Assembly (NCBI GenBank): GCA_964607485.1
Contig: CAZSKP010000015.1
Span: 46,198-110,197, forward strand
Direction of reading: 5' to 3'
Length of the DNA: 64,000 bases
From: an uncultured bacterium
GTDB taxonomy: Bacteria; Abyssobacteria; SURF-5
Part shown: one piece after another, positions 46,834 through 56,686 of the stretch
How positions within the stretch are numbered: position 1 is the stretch's first letter
Layout: every line of letters begins with the position of its first letter
Notes under the pieces: generated by a model
The model's database searches: none
Seen by the model: the letters and a program-made list of their open reading frames with translations, nothing else
Told to the model about the DNA's origin: nothing
Position numbers and translations under genes: made by a program

Positions 46834-47664
46834 TCATTCCTTCACCGCTCCAGCGGTGAGGCCTGCCACGATCTTTCTCTGGAATATCAGGACCAACAGA
46901 ATGACGGGGAGGCTGGTCACGACCACCGCCGCGGCCACCTGGCCCCACGGAATCTCGTATTTGCTCGCGCCGGATAGCATGGAGATGCCCACTGTGGCCA
47001 CGCGGAGCGAATCCTTTGTGACGAGCGTCAGCGCGAACAGGAACTCGTTCCATGAAAATATGAAGGCGAGCAAACCGGCCGTCACCGCGACGGGCATCGA
47101 AAGGGGGATCACCACCCGAAAAAACGCTCCAAGGTAACTGAAGCCGTCCACGCGCGCCGCATCGACGAGGTCGCGCGGAAAACGCTCGAAGAAATTCTCC
47201 AGCACCCAGAACACGATGCTTATGTGAAACGCTGCGTGCACCAGGATGAGCCCGATATACGTGTTCGTGAGCCGCAGCGAGCCGAAGAAATCATAGATGG
47301 GCACGAGAAAGAGGATGGGCGGCAATATGCCGGGCAGCAGAAACGCGAGCATCAGCCACACGCGCCACCGCCTCCGCACCCAGGCGACCGAGTAAGCGGC
47401 GAGCGCCCCGGCCACGAGCGCGAGTGACGCCGATGCCGTCGCCACCAATAAGCTGTTGAAGATGTACCGTCCGAACGGGCGCCGCTCGAACATGCCGGTG
47501 TAGTTCTCGATGGTTGCGGCCTGCGGCAGGAGCGTCTGCGGCAGGCGCATGACTTCGCGTTGCGGTTTCAAAGACGTTGACAGTTCCCACGCGAACGGCG
47601 CCAGTGAAAACACGACGAGAGTCGCCAGGAGAACGTAGCCGAGAACCTTCGCGCCCCTGCCCAT
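46834..47664 (-). CDS. Carbohydrate ABC transporter permease
   Basis: FPRDLVDAARVDG EAA loop, FIFSWNEFLFA, GLTAGAVK; true start MGRGAK at 47664 overlaps the upstream stop. Confidence 0.93.
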   Translation of the reverse strand: MGRGAKVLGYVLLATLVVFSLAPFAWELSTSLKPQREVMRLPQTLLPQAATIENYTGMFERRPFGRYIFNSLLVATASASLALVAGALAAYSVAWVRRRWRVWLMLAFLLPGILPPILFLVPIYDFFGSLRLTNTYIGLILVHAAFHISIVFWVLENFFERFPRDLVDAARVDGFSYLGAFFRVVIPLSMPVAVTAGLLAFIFSWNEFLFALTLVTKDSLRVATVGISMLSGASKYEIPWGQVAAAVVVTSLPVILLVLIFQRKIVAGLTAGAVKE

Positions 47665-48539
47665 CAAAACCTCCTGCGCGACAGAAAGGAGACCGTCGTC
47701 GCGATGAAGACCACGATGATGAACATCGTCACCGACAACGCGGCCCCATAACCGACGTTCAAGAAGCGGAACGTCTCCTTCGTGATATACAACGAAATCA
47801 TCTCGGTCTTGCTGCTCGGACCTCCGCCCGTCAGCACCCACACCAGGTCGAATATGCCGATTGTCTGAACGATTCGAAACAACAGCGCCGTGAGGATGTA
47901 CGGAGTGAGCATTGGCAGGGTGATGAGGAAAAACCGGCGCACGCGGCCGGCGCCGTCGATAGCGGCCGCCTCGTACAGGTCCTGCGGTATGACCGCCAGT
48001 CCCGCCAAAAGAATGATACCTATAAACGGCGCCGTTTTCCAAGTGTCGGCGAAAACAATCGTCGCGAATGCCCAGCGGGGATTGCCGAGAAACGATATGG
48101 GAGCGTTGGCGATGCCCAGTCTCAGTATCAGGTCGTTCATCACGCCGTAGTCTTCATAGAAAATCCATCGCCACGCGAACCCCATGACCGCTGGAGGAAG
48201 CACCCACGGCACCAACAGCGACGCCCGAAAGAATCCGCGCCCGCGCACGGGGCTCGCGAGCAAGAGCGCCATGGCGAAGCCAAGCACGAATTCCAGCGAG
48301 ACGGAGATGGCCGCAAACACGAATGTCCTTATCAGGCTGTCGGCAAACAGCTCGTCACCGAACAGTCGGGAATAGTGCTGGAGACCGAATGCGCCGTCGC
48401 GTCCGATGAACGAAGTGCGAACGGCGAGGAAGGCCGGGTACAGGAACACAAACGCGCACAGAATGATCGCCGGAAGCAGGATCGCCGATAAGAAATAGGC
48501 GTCGGGATGGATTTTTCTCAGACGGGAGCCGAGCGCCAT
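47664..48539 (-). CDS. Carbohydrate ABC transporter permease
   Basis: WKTAPF, IPQDLYEAAAIDGA, LTGGGP. Confidence 0.95.
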   Translation of the reverse strand: MALGSRLRKIHPDAYFLSAILLPAIILCAFVFLYPAFLAVRTSFIGRDGAFGLQHYSRLFGDELFADSLIRTFVFAAISVSLEFVLGFAMALLLASPVRGRGFFRASLLVPWVLPPAVMGFAWRWIFYEDYGVMNDLILRLGIANAPISFLGNPRWAFATIVFADTWKTAPFIGIILLAGLAVIPQDLYEAAAIDGAGRVRRFFLITLPMLTPYILTALLFRIVQTIGIFDLVWVLTGGGPSSKTEMISLYITKETFRFLNVGYGAALSVTMFIIVVFIATTVSFLSRRRF

Positions 48540-48640
48540 GCTCCTCTGATTCCTTTACGCTATTGAGCCCTGCATTACGAATATCCCTATGAGCCAGATC
48601 GGCGCAGGCTTGTTCCCGCTTGGCTCTGCGCCGCGACGGC

Positions 48641-48720
48641 CGTCATTCTGAGCGTAGCGAAGAATCTCAAGAGACATCTCGTTTCCGTAGAAGAGATTCT
48701 TCGCTTCGCTCAGGATGACA
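48641..48720. repeat. CGTC-type REP doublet (REPIN-like)
   Basis: CGTCATTCTGAGCGTAGCGAAGAATCTC-N24-GAGATTCTTCGCTTCGCTCAGGATGACA. Confidence 0.78.
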
Positions 48721-48746
48721 TGGTTTGGGACATTGTTTTGCCGATC

Positions 48747-50018
48747 TCAATAAGAGGTTCTCGACAAAATTTCCTCGATCTCTTCTGCGGCCTTGCCGGC
48801 GGCCTGCTCGGGCGTTTCCGTGCCGGTCAGCACGGCGCTCACGTGACGCTGGAGCGAATCGCTTATCTCCGGATACCGGGGATGAATGGGCCGGGGCTCG
48901 GCATGGAGAAGGACCTTGTAGAGTTCGGGGTAATGCGGGTTCAGCGACAACATCTCGGGGTCGTCGTACAGAGCCTTCAGCGAAGGCGCGCCCCCTTGCC
49001 TGCGCACGAATATCTTGAGCGATTCAGGACTGGCCGCATGCAACGCGAACTTCCACGCTTCCCCCTTGTGTTTGGAAAACTGTGATATTCCGAAACCCCA
49101 GCCGCCGAGCGTCGAGGATGACGACTTGCCCGGCGCGTGAACCATCGGAATAATGCCGACTTTGCCCCGAATCGCCGACCCCTCTTCCTGACACGCCTTC
49201 CAGGCATACGGCCAGTTGCGCATGAAGACGCTCTTGCCCGAGAGGAACGTCGCCAGCGTCTCGTTCTCCTCGTAGGTCCTCACCGCCTCGGGTACGATCT
49301 TCTCCTTGAAGACGGCGTCGCGCATCCATTGCAGGGCCTCGACCGACTCGGGACTATCCAGCACGCACTTTCCGTCGGCGTCGAGCACGTCGCCCCCGAA
49401 CCCGCGCAGAATCTCCAAGAACGCGCACGTCAGCCCCTCGTACTGTTTCCCCTGGAAGACAAAGCCCCACAGCTCGGGCGGAGACTGGAGCCTCTTCGCC
49501 GCGGCCACGAGGTCGGCGAACGTTTTCGGCGGCTCGATGCCGGCGTCTTCGAGCAAATCCTTCCGATAGTAGAGCATCCCGCCGTCGGAGCGAATGGGGA
49601 TACGCCAGATGTGACCGGCATACTTGCACCCCTCAATATCGCCGGGCAGGAATTTCTCCTGCATCATGGGCGGGAAGTGGTCGTCGAGAGGAACCAGCCA
49701 GCCGGCCGCCGCGAACTTCGGCACCCAGATGACGTCGAGGTAGATGAGGTCGTACGTGGTGTCTTTGGCCAGCAGGCTCGCCGAGTATTGGCTCTCGCGC
49801 GTATCGGTCGAGGCCGGGCCTTCGATGAGGTTCACTTTGATGAGCGGATTCCTCGCTTCAAAATTCGCTATCACCTCCGCCCACGCGCCGCTCTTGTCCT
49901 CGGCGTCGAGGAAGCTGATGGTGGTCTTATCCTCCTCCCGTCCTCCGCAGCCGGAGACAAGGAAGAGTAACACGACCGCGAGCGAAAGAATCGGAAAGGA
50001 TTTTAGCAAAACGCGCAT
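48747..50018 (-). CDS. Carbohydrate ABC substrate-binding lipoprotein
   Basis: Lipobox VSGC, DVIW..KFA, LYYRKDLL, QGKQYEGL, FMRNWPYAW, TLGGW. Confidence 0.93.
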   Translation of the reverse strand: MRVLLKSFPILSLAVVLLFLVSGCGGREEDKTTISFLDAEDKSGAWAEVIANFEARNPLIKVNLIEGPASTDTRESQYSASLLAKDTTYDLIYLDVIWVPKFAAAGWLVPLDDHFPPMMQEKFLPGDIEGCKYAGHIWRIPIRSDGGMLYYRKDLLEDAGIEPPKTFADLVAAAKRLQSPPELWGFVFQGKQYEGLTCAFLEILRGFGGDVLDADGKCVLDSPESVEALQWMRDAVFKEKIVPEAVRTYEENETLATFLSGKSVFMRNWPYAWKACQEEGSAIRGKVGIIPMVHAPGKSSSSTLGGWGFGISQFSKHKGEAWKFALHAASPESLKIFVRRQGGAPSLKALYDDPEMLSLNPHYPELYKVLLHAEPRPIHPRYPEISDSLQRHVSAVLTGTETPEQAAGKAAEEIEEILSRTSY

Positions 50019-50121
50019 GAGCGCCTCCGATGGGTTGACGGCAGCGGGAACGGACTACTTTCGACATTGCGTGATGCACCACCGGGCTTTGCGCATAGAT
50101 TAACAACCTCGGCGGGTGATG

Positions 50122-51387
50122 TCAAGACGAGCGGGAGGACGAACGAGGTTTCTTGGCGCGCCCCGTGGCGTTGTCCAGCCGGTCGATGATTGCCGCGCCG
50201 ACCGAGTCGCCCCACACGTTCACGGTCGTTCGGCAGCGGTCGAGGAACCAGTCGATCGACAGCAGCATTCCTATTCCCTCGAGCGGCAGTCCGACCGACT
50301 TGAGCACGACCACCATCGTCACCAGCCCGGCTTCCGGAATTCCCGCCGCGCCTATTGCGGCCAGCGTGGCCGTCAAGAATATGATCACCTGCTGCGGGAA
50401 GGCGAGCGGCACGCCATAGGCCTGCGCGATGAAAATCGCCGCGACCGCCTCGTACAGGGCCGTGCCGTCCATGTTGATGGTCGCTCCGATCGGAAGCACG
50501 AACGATGCGGACCGGTTCGAAACCCCGTTCTTCTCCTTGACGCATTCCATGGTGAGCGGCAGGGTGGCGGAACTGGACGCCGTCGAGAAGGCGGTGGTCA
50601 GCGCGTTTCCCATGTTGAACGCGTACCGGCCCGGTCGTCGCCTGCCCACGAGCCACAACAGCGCCGGCAGCACGACGACGCCGTGAATGAGGAGCCCCGC
50701 GATGACGGTCAGCGCATACTTGAGGAGCTTCGCCAGTTCGCCCCAGAACAGCGGCCCGCCGCCCGCCTTGCCGAGGCGGTAGGCTATCAGCGCGAAGACA
50801 CCTACCGGGGCGAAATACATGATGATATGCACCATCTTCATGACGGCCTCGTTCACGGTCTCGAAAAACGAGAGCACCGGCTTGCCCCGGTCGCCCAGCG
50901 TCGTGAGCACTCCGCCGAAGAACAGCGAAAATACTATCAGCGGCAGCACCTCGGTTTTGATTGCCGCGTCGAATATGTTCTCGGGAACCATCCCCAGAAT
51001 AACGGATGTGAGGGACAGTTCCTTGCTCAGAACCTCCTTGGGAGCTTCGATTCCGGCGATGTTGATGCCGCCGCCCGGCCGCACGATATTGACGAGGATA
51101 ATGCCGACGACGACCGAAATCGCGGTGGTGGACATGAAGTAAATCAGCGTGCGGAGACCGGTGTTGCCAATCTTTCGTACGTCGCCCAGGTTGCTGATGC
51201 CTGCGATCATCGAGGCCACGATGAGCGGAACGATCATCGTCTTCAGCGCGTTGAGAAAAAGGTCGCCCAGCCACTTCACCGTCACCATGCGCTCGCCGAA
51301 GAACCATCCGCACAGACCCCCTGCGACTATGCCGATAAGTATGCCCACGAGAATCACGTTGCTTGCACGCCGATTGAACTCGGACAT
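50122..51387 (-). CDS. Dicarboxylate/amino acid:cation symporter (DAACS)
   Basis: AFSTASSSATLP, LPIGATINMDGTALY, GAAGIP, DWFLDRCRTTVNVWGD; start MSEFN after GGAGG. Confidence 0.95.
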   Translation of the reverse strand: MSEFNRRASNVILVGILIGIVAGGLCGWFFGERMVTVKWLGDLFLNALKTMIVPLIVASMIAGISNLGDVRKIGNTGLRTLIYFMSTTAISVVVGIILVNIVRPGGGINIAGIEAPKEVLSKELSLTSVILGMVPENIFDAAIKTEVLPLIVFSLFFGGVLTTLGDRGKPVLSFFETVNEAVMKMVHIIMYFAPVGVFALIAYRLGKAGGGPLFWGELAKLLKYALTVIAGLLIHGVVVLPALLWLVGRRRPGRYAFNMGNALTTAFSTASSSATLPLTMECVKEKNGVSNRSASFVLPIGATINMDGTALYEAVAAIFIAQAYGVPLAFPQQVIIFLTATLAAIGAAGIPEAGLVTMVVVLKSVGLPLEGIGMLLSIDWFLDRCRTTVNVWGDSVGAAIIDRLDNATGRAKKPRSSSRSS

Positions 51388-51519
51388 AAGTGGAATGCCT
51401 CCTCCCATCTGTTTGATATTCGGCGATTGACCCTGCTGAAACGCACGTGGCCGTGCATTCGCGCAAATTATTGCGAAGAGGGTACCAATTTTTACCGGCC
51501 AAGTCAACCCGCGCAAAGT

Positions 51520-53823
51520 CTAAGCGGAGGGTCGGAAGAGAAGAAGAAACAGGCTCCCCACGTTCAGTAATGAGGCGGCGACGCACGCCCAGGGGATGCC
51601 GAGAACCGGGATGAGGAGGGCGGTCGTGAGCATCGCTCCGAGGCAGGAGCCGAGCAGGTCTACTCCGTAGGTGTAACCGGCGGAACGAGCCACGCCGGGC
51701 GCCTCCGCGAGCCACAGCGCGTTGGCCAGCGGAAACTGCAAGCCGCCGACGAATCCCGCGAGGAAAGCCAGCAGCGGAAATGCCGCTTGTGCCTGAAGCG
51801 CGAACGCGCGCGCCGTCGGGTCGGCCTCGCCCGCCCGCGAGAAGATGACGAGCGCTCCCAGCAGCAGCATCGGATACGCACACACCGCCGCCTGAATCAG
51901 GACGAACGCGCGCCGGCCGGCGCCGCCCTTCTCGATGAATCGGCCGATGGCGGCGGCTCCGACCGTCAGCCCCATCATGAACGCCGTGATGATTATCGCC
52001 ACCTTGTAGTACACGTACCCGTGTATCGCCTGGAACCCCAACAGAGTGACGACCTCGATGGTTATCTCGGCGAAGCCGGTCGTGCCGACGGCGACGAGAA
52101 TGGATTTCGGCCCCCAGGCCAGCGGGAACAGTCGCTGTGTCAATATGGCGGCGAGGAACACCGCAGCTATGGCCGTCACGAGCCAGGACGGGCGCACTCG
52201 CGAAAAGGCGGCGAGAATCCTGCCGGAAGTGTCCTCGAACTGCTTGCTCCACAGGACCGCGTGGTAGTAGTAGCACACGGGGGCGAGGTCGGTGTTGACG
52301 CGTGCCACGGCGGTCGCCAGCGCCTCGTCGAGCCGCTCCTTGCGTTCCTCCGACAACCGGAAAGGCAGATAGTATTCCCTCATGAAGAGCAGCCGGTTCG
52401 TTATCCCTCGCTCCTTGAGACGCTTGAGCAGAGTGGCGCTGTCGAGCGTCAGGATTCCCGGCTTGTTACATGCCAGAAAGATGTTCGTCTCGCCGGGAAC
52501 CACCTTCACGTCGGGGAACACTTCGCGGAGCGTCTTGTCCAGGCATCCCAGAAACTGGCTCAACTCGGGCGAGATGTAGTTCTCGGCGGAATTCACCCGA
52601 AACGACAGGATTCCATCGGCAGCCAGCCTGCTCTTGCATTCGCGGAAAAACTCGAGCGTGTAGAATCGGTTTATCAGCGCGGTGTACGGGTCGGGCAGGT
52701 TTACGATGATGACGTCATAGGTTTCGCCGCTCTGTTTGACAAACAGCCGGCCGTCGACGGTGTGCACGCTCACTCTCGGGTCGTCGAGCGCGTCGGTGAT
52801 GTCGGGCGGGAAAAACCGTCTGACCAACTGGATAACAAGAGGGTCGAGCTCGAGATAGTCAACGTGTTCGACCGGATGCTTGAGCACTTCGTTCAGCGAG
52901 CCGCTCACGCCGCCCCCGATGAGAAGCACTCTCTTGGGAGACGGATGCTCGAGAAGGGCGAAGTGAACCGCCTCCTCGGCCGAAAATCTGTCCGGGTGAG
53001 AAAACATCAGCAGTCCGTTTTCGTAGAGCGACTTCTGTTCCTCCTCCTCGACGAATGTGATGTTTCCATAAATCGAATCTTCCGAGTACGTCACGTGCCG
53101 CTCTCCCCACACCCACCCCAGCGTGAGCGTGCGAAGCCGGTCGGCTCCTCCGAAAAAGGCCGCAGCCGCCACCGCGACTGTCAGTACAGAGACCACTATC
53201 GCGGCGGGTCGCAACCGCCTGTCCATCGCGAGCATCGCCCCAGATGCCGCCAGGTTGAGAACGAGCAGCGTGCACGCGATCTCGGAGGGGTCGAGTGTCC
53301 ACACAAGAACCCATGCGAAAGCGATTCCCCCAATGGCCGCGCCGAGCGCCTCGTATATGTACACCGACCCTATCGAGACGGCCGCCTCCTCCTCGGTGCT
53401 CCACACGTGACAGAAGAGGGCGAACAAGAACCCGAGCAGAAAGCACAGGGGCGCCAGCACGAGGAAGGAGGAGACGATGATGGGGAAGTAGCCGACGATT
53501 TCGCCGGTGGAGGCGCGTCGGAGAAACAGGGGGATCGCCCTCACGCACATCAGGGAGCCGACGCTCGCCAGCCCGAGCAGCGCCTGGAGGATAGCAAGCG
53601 CCGAGAGGCGGCCGAATATCTTGACCCTGGGCACGAGCAGCCCCGCCAGAAGGCTTCCGAGTCCCACCCAGAACAGCCAGCCGCCGAGCAGGATGCCGAG
53701 CGAGAGCTCGTTGCCGTAGAAGACGACGATGAGCTCACGCATGAGCAGCACCTGGCCCACCATCGAGGTGAATCCGAGCGCAGCGAACAAATGGAGGGGC
53801 TTCTTCATCTCTCGCAGGCTCAT
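51520..53823 (-). CDS. Fused membrane domain / spermidine synthase-like SAM-fold protein
   Basis: N-terminal TMs (QVLLMREL..FYGNE), HPSPKRVLLIGGG, ELDP, DGR, YDVIIVNLPDP, C-terminal TMs with YGVDLLGSCLG. Confidence 0.88.
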   Translation of the reverse strand: MSLREMKKPLHLFAALGFTSMVGQVLLMRELIVVFYGNELSLGILLGGWLFWVGLGSLLAGLLVPRVKIFGRLSALAILQALLGLASVGSLMCVRAIPLFLRRASTGEIVGYFPIIVSSFLVLAPLCFLLGFLFALFCHVWSTEEEAAVSIGSVYIYEALGAAIGGIAFAWVLVWTLDPSEIACTLLVLNLAASGAMLAMDRRLRPAAIVVSVLTVAVAAAAFFGGADRLRTLTLGWVWGERHVTYSEDSIYGNITFVEEEEQKSLYENGLLMFSHPDRFSAEEAVHFALLEHPSPKRVLLIGGGVSGSLNEVLKHPVEHVDYLELDPLVIQLVRRFFPPDITDALDDPRVSVHTVDGRLFVKQSGETYDVIIVNLPDPYTALINRFYTLEFFRECKSRLAADGILSFRVNSAENYISPELSQFLGCLDKTLREVFPDVKVVPGETNIFLACNKPGILTLDSATLLKRLKERGITNRLLFMREYYLPFRLSEERKERLDEALATAVARVNTDLAPVCYYYHAVLWSKQFEDTSGRILAAFSRVRPSWLVTAIAAVFLAAILTQRLFPLAWGPKSILVAVGTTGFAEITIEVVTLLGFQAIHGYVYYKVAIIITAFMMGLTVGAAAIGRFIEKGGAGRRAFVLIQAAVCAYPMLLLGALVIFSRAGEADPTARAFALQAQAAFPLLAFLAGFVGGLQFPLANALWLAEAPGVARSAGYTYGVDLLGSCLGAMLTTALLIPVLGIPWACVAASLLNVGSLFLLLFRPSA

Positions 53824-53854
53824 TCTGTGACCGATTGACCGACTCGTCTCAACG

Positions 53855-54277
53855 TCAGTGAAGGAGAGCGATGCCGGCAACGACCAGTATCGTCCCAAAC
53901 AGCTTCTGGACTGTCAAGCTTTCGCCCAGCAATAGGACCGCCATAATGAACGCGATGAGCGGGAAACCGCCGACGATTGGCACCACCCGGCTTGCCTCCG
54001 CATATTTGAGGGCCTTGTAGTACGTCCACTGGCCCAGCAGGCCCGAAAACAGGCCCGAAAGAATGATGAAGAACCACGACCTCGCGTCCACTCCCTGCCA
54101 TGCGCGTTCGCGTAAGGATATGGCGACGGCCGCTCCCGCCACGAGCGATATCGCAAAGCTGCGCGCCGCCACTCCCGCCATCGGCTGCAACTTGCTCAGC
54201 GCGAGCTTGTCGAAAATGGATGCGCTGCCCCAGAAGAGTGTGGTCAACAGCGCGAACAGAAAAGCTTGATATGGCAT
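53855..54277 (-). CDS. EamA/DMT family small transporter
   Basis: FWG...IFDKLAL, YYKALKY.EASRVVPI, LLLGESLT. Confidence 0.9.
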   Translation of the reverse strand: MPYQAFLFALLTTLFWGSASIFDKLALSKLQPMAGVAARSFAISLVAGAAVAISLRERAWQGVDARSWFFIILSGLFSGLLGQWTYYKALKYAEASRVVPIVGGFPLIAFIMAVLLLGESLTVQKLFGTILVVAGIALLH

Positions 54278-54363
54278 ATCATCGTTCTCCCCTTCGCTCC
54301 ACGAATTTCAACTAACAGCCTTGTGGTCCAATGAGTGGCTCGCTCCTGAGCCGCACACAGGTC

Positions 54364-55635
54364 TCATCGCCAGACAAACCATATGAAAAGGTACGCGGTG
54401 AAGGTGGCCACCAGTGTAAACGGCACTCCGATTCTCGCAAACTCGCGCAGGCTCACATGGTGGCCGCGTCTGGAAAGGATGCCGACGCCGACGATGTTGG
54501 CGGAAGCTCCGATGGGCGTGATGTTGCCGCCGAGGCTGGCGCCGATGAGCAGGCCGAACATGAGCAGCGCCTGGGAGACGCCCATGTCGGCGGCCAGGCT
54601 CTGCGCAACGGGCAGCATCGCGAGCAGATAGGGCACGTTATCGACGAACGCAGAGAAGAGGACGGAGATCCAGACGATGAGCGAATAGGCCACAAAGACA
54701 TTGTCACCCGACATTTTCTCAAACACGATTGTGATGTCGCCTATCCAGCCGACGCGGGTGAGCGCTCCCACCACGACGAATACTCCCATCAGAAAAAACG
54801 TGGTCTGCCAGTCGAGGGAGGTGAACAGCCTTATCACGTTTCCCTTCTGCGCCGCCGCGTACCACACGAACCCTGCAACGCCGAAGACCATGCAGATGAT
54901 GCCCGCCATGTACCCGAATCCCGGGTCGGCGAGGGACGAAAGCGCGAGGAGCACGATCATACCCACGAGCATGAGCGGAGGCGTCCACGTCTTCACCCTC
55001 TGTGTTCGCTCGATCTGAATCGATTGTTTCATGCTGCGGAAGATGAAGTAGAGCGCCGCGAACGAGGCGATGGCGCCCAATTGCACACCGAAGAAGATGC
55101 TCGGCTTTCCCATGTAGAAGAAGAAGTCGTTGAAACTCATCTTCGCGAAACCGGCCAGGAGCATGCTCGGAGGGTCGCCTATCAGCGTGGCCGCGCCTTG
55201 CAGATTGGAGCTTATCGAGAGCCCGATTATCATCGGAACGGGGGAGATGTGCAGCCGGTCGGTTATGGCAAGCGCGACGGGCGCAACAATCAGGACGGTC
55301 GCTACGTTTTCCACAAAGGCGGAGATGAACGACGTGAGGGCGCATATTGCGATGACCGCCCACACGGCGCTCCGAGTTCTCTGCACGACCAGCTCGGCCA
55401 GGTAAGCGGGCGTGTTCGACGCCATGAACAGCTCGGCCACGACCAGCGTTCCCCAGAAGATGCCCATCACGTTCCAGTTGATCAGCGTGAACGCCTCGAG
55501 CGGGCCGACCACGCCCAACACGATCAGCGCGAGGGCGCCGAGGACGGCCGAGTGCATCCTGCGTCGGGGAATGAATACCAGCGCGAAGTAAGTGCCGATG
55601 AAGATTATGAGAGCTGCGTATCTGTCAAATTGCAA
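54364..55635 (-). CDS. ArsB/NhaD (ion transporter superfamily) permease
   Basis: ISAFVENV, SNLQGAATLIGDPPS, SAFVDNVPY, LGGNITPIGASAN. Confidence 0.9.
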   Translation of the reverse strand: MQFDRYAALIIFIGTYFALVFIPRRRMHSAVLGALALIVLGVVGPLEAFTLINWNVMGIFWGTLVVAELFMASNTPAYLAELVVQRTRSAVWAVIAICALTSFISAFVENVATVLIVAPVALAITDRLHISPVPMIIGLSISSNLQGAATLIGDPPSMLLAGFAKMSFNDFFFYMGKPSIFFGVQLGAIASFAALYFIFRSMKQSIQIERTQRVKTWTPPLMLVGMIVLLALSSLADPGFGYMAGIICMVFGVAGFVWYAAAQKGNVIRLFTSLDWQTTFFLMGVFVVVGALTRVGWIGDITIVFEKMSGDNVFVAYSLIVWISVLFSAFVDNVPYLLAMLPVAQSLAADMGVSQALLMFGLLIGASLGGNITPIGASANIVGVGILSRRGHHVSLREFARIGVPFTLVATFTAYLFIWFVWR

Positions 55636-55690
55636 CGTCTGGGGTCTCCGGAAGCCGTCACACGAATGCGTTACGAACTGTTCGCGTGCC

Positions 55691-56353
55691 TCACATCTTG
55701 CCGCCCGATCCCATCTGAATGATTATCGAAATGATGCCCCGGCGCACCATCATCACGCCTATGGCCGCGAGCAAGAGACTGACCACCTTGGCCATTCCCT
55801 TTGCGCCGTTCTCACCCATGAACCCCAGAATCTTGTTGGCATTGAGCAGCGCAACGGCGACGATTCCGAGGTTTATCAGGAGGCTCGCCATCGTGGGCCA
55901 CACGCCGTAGAGGTCGAGCATCATGATGAGCACGGTCAGCACGGCGGGCCCGATTATGAGCGGCGTCCCTATCGGCACAACGCCTATTTCGGAGGAGGAT
56001 TCCCTCTGGGGTTTGCCGCTCCAGACGAGATCGACAATCGCCAGAAAGAAAAGCAGCGCGCCCCCGGCGATCTGAAAGTCGGCCACGGTTATCCCCAACA
56101 GCTTGAACACCGTCTTGCCGACAAGGAGAAACGCTATGGATATTACGAAGGCGGTCACGATGGACTGCATGGCGATTCTGCGTTTTTGCTCTGCGGGAAT
56201 TCCGCTGGTCAGGCCCGTGTACAGAGGAATGATCCCGATGATGTCGATAGCGACGAAGAGCGGGATGAACGTGTGGATATAGGGGGCCATGAGTTTGAAG
56301 TATTCGTGCCAAAAGGTGTTCATCAGAGTGTTGGAGTGTGGAATCAGGCTCAC
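55691..56353 (-). CDS. MarC family membrane protein (start approximate)
   Basis: LFVAIDIIG..P, FQIAGG, VVPIGTPLIIGP, LLLAAIGV. Confidence 0.92.
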   Translation of the reverse strand: MSLIPHSNTLMNTFWHEYFKLMAPYIHTFIPLFVAIDIIGIIPLYTGLTSGIPAEQKRRIAMQSIVTAFVISIAFLLVGKTVFKLLGITVADFQIAGGALLFFLAIVDLVWSGKPQRESSSEIGVVPIGTPLIIGPAVLTVLIMMLDLYGVWPTMASLLINLGIVAVALLNANKILGFMGENGAKGMAKVVSLLLAAIGVMMVRRGIISIIIQMGSGGKM

Positions 56354-56508
56354 GGCCTGATACGGGACAATGCGCCAGAGCAGATTCAGGCGGAATTATA
56401 GAGTATAAGCGGAGGCATGTCAATCGAGTGCAGTATCCGAGCGACAGGAGATGCCTTTTCCAAACTTTTCATCGAAGAAATGAGAAGCCCATGCGGGGAT
56501 AAGAATGC

Positions 56509-56538
56509 TTGACAGAAGGCCGCTTTCTTTGGTACTAT
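56509..56538 (+). promoter_or_regulatory. sigma70 promoter ahead of riboswitch 1
   Basis: TTGACA-N18-TACTAT with extended -10 TG. Confidence 0.65.
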
Positions 56539-56556
56539 AACCCATGGGAAATTTGC

Positions 56557-56605
56557 GGTGATGGAGTTCACCCAATAACCGCCCATCCGGGCTGATAACT
56601 CCTAC
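56557..56605 (+). ncRNA. Fluoride (crcB) riboswitch 1, upstream of the dynamin-like gene
   Basis: GGTGATGGAGTTCACC-CAATAACC-GCCC-ATCC-GGGC-TGATAACTCCTAC: P1 GGTGA/TCACC, pseudoknot GGAGT/ACTCC, conserved GATGG and CTGAT...CTAC. Confidence 0.88.
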
Positions 56606-56686
56606 CAAAGCTCTTGCTCTGGCGGGAGTTGGTTTGGATGGTTCATGCAGCTCCTTCCAGAGGTGAAAATGGAAGGAGTTTTTGTT

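Noticed and set aside
47665-48042. N-terminal extension of the 402-aa permease ORF
   Set aside because: Out-of-frame overlap with the upstream permease; the true start is 47664.
762-55722. Many long alternative-frame or antisense ORFs (e.g. 762-2216, 2907-4238, 4761-6137, 12458-14260, 50003-52276, 51787-53838, 54331-55722)
   Set aside because: Shadow ORFs typical of high-GC coding DNA; they overlap well-supported genes and carry no recognisable motifs.
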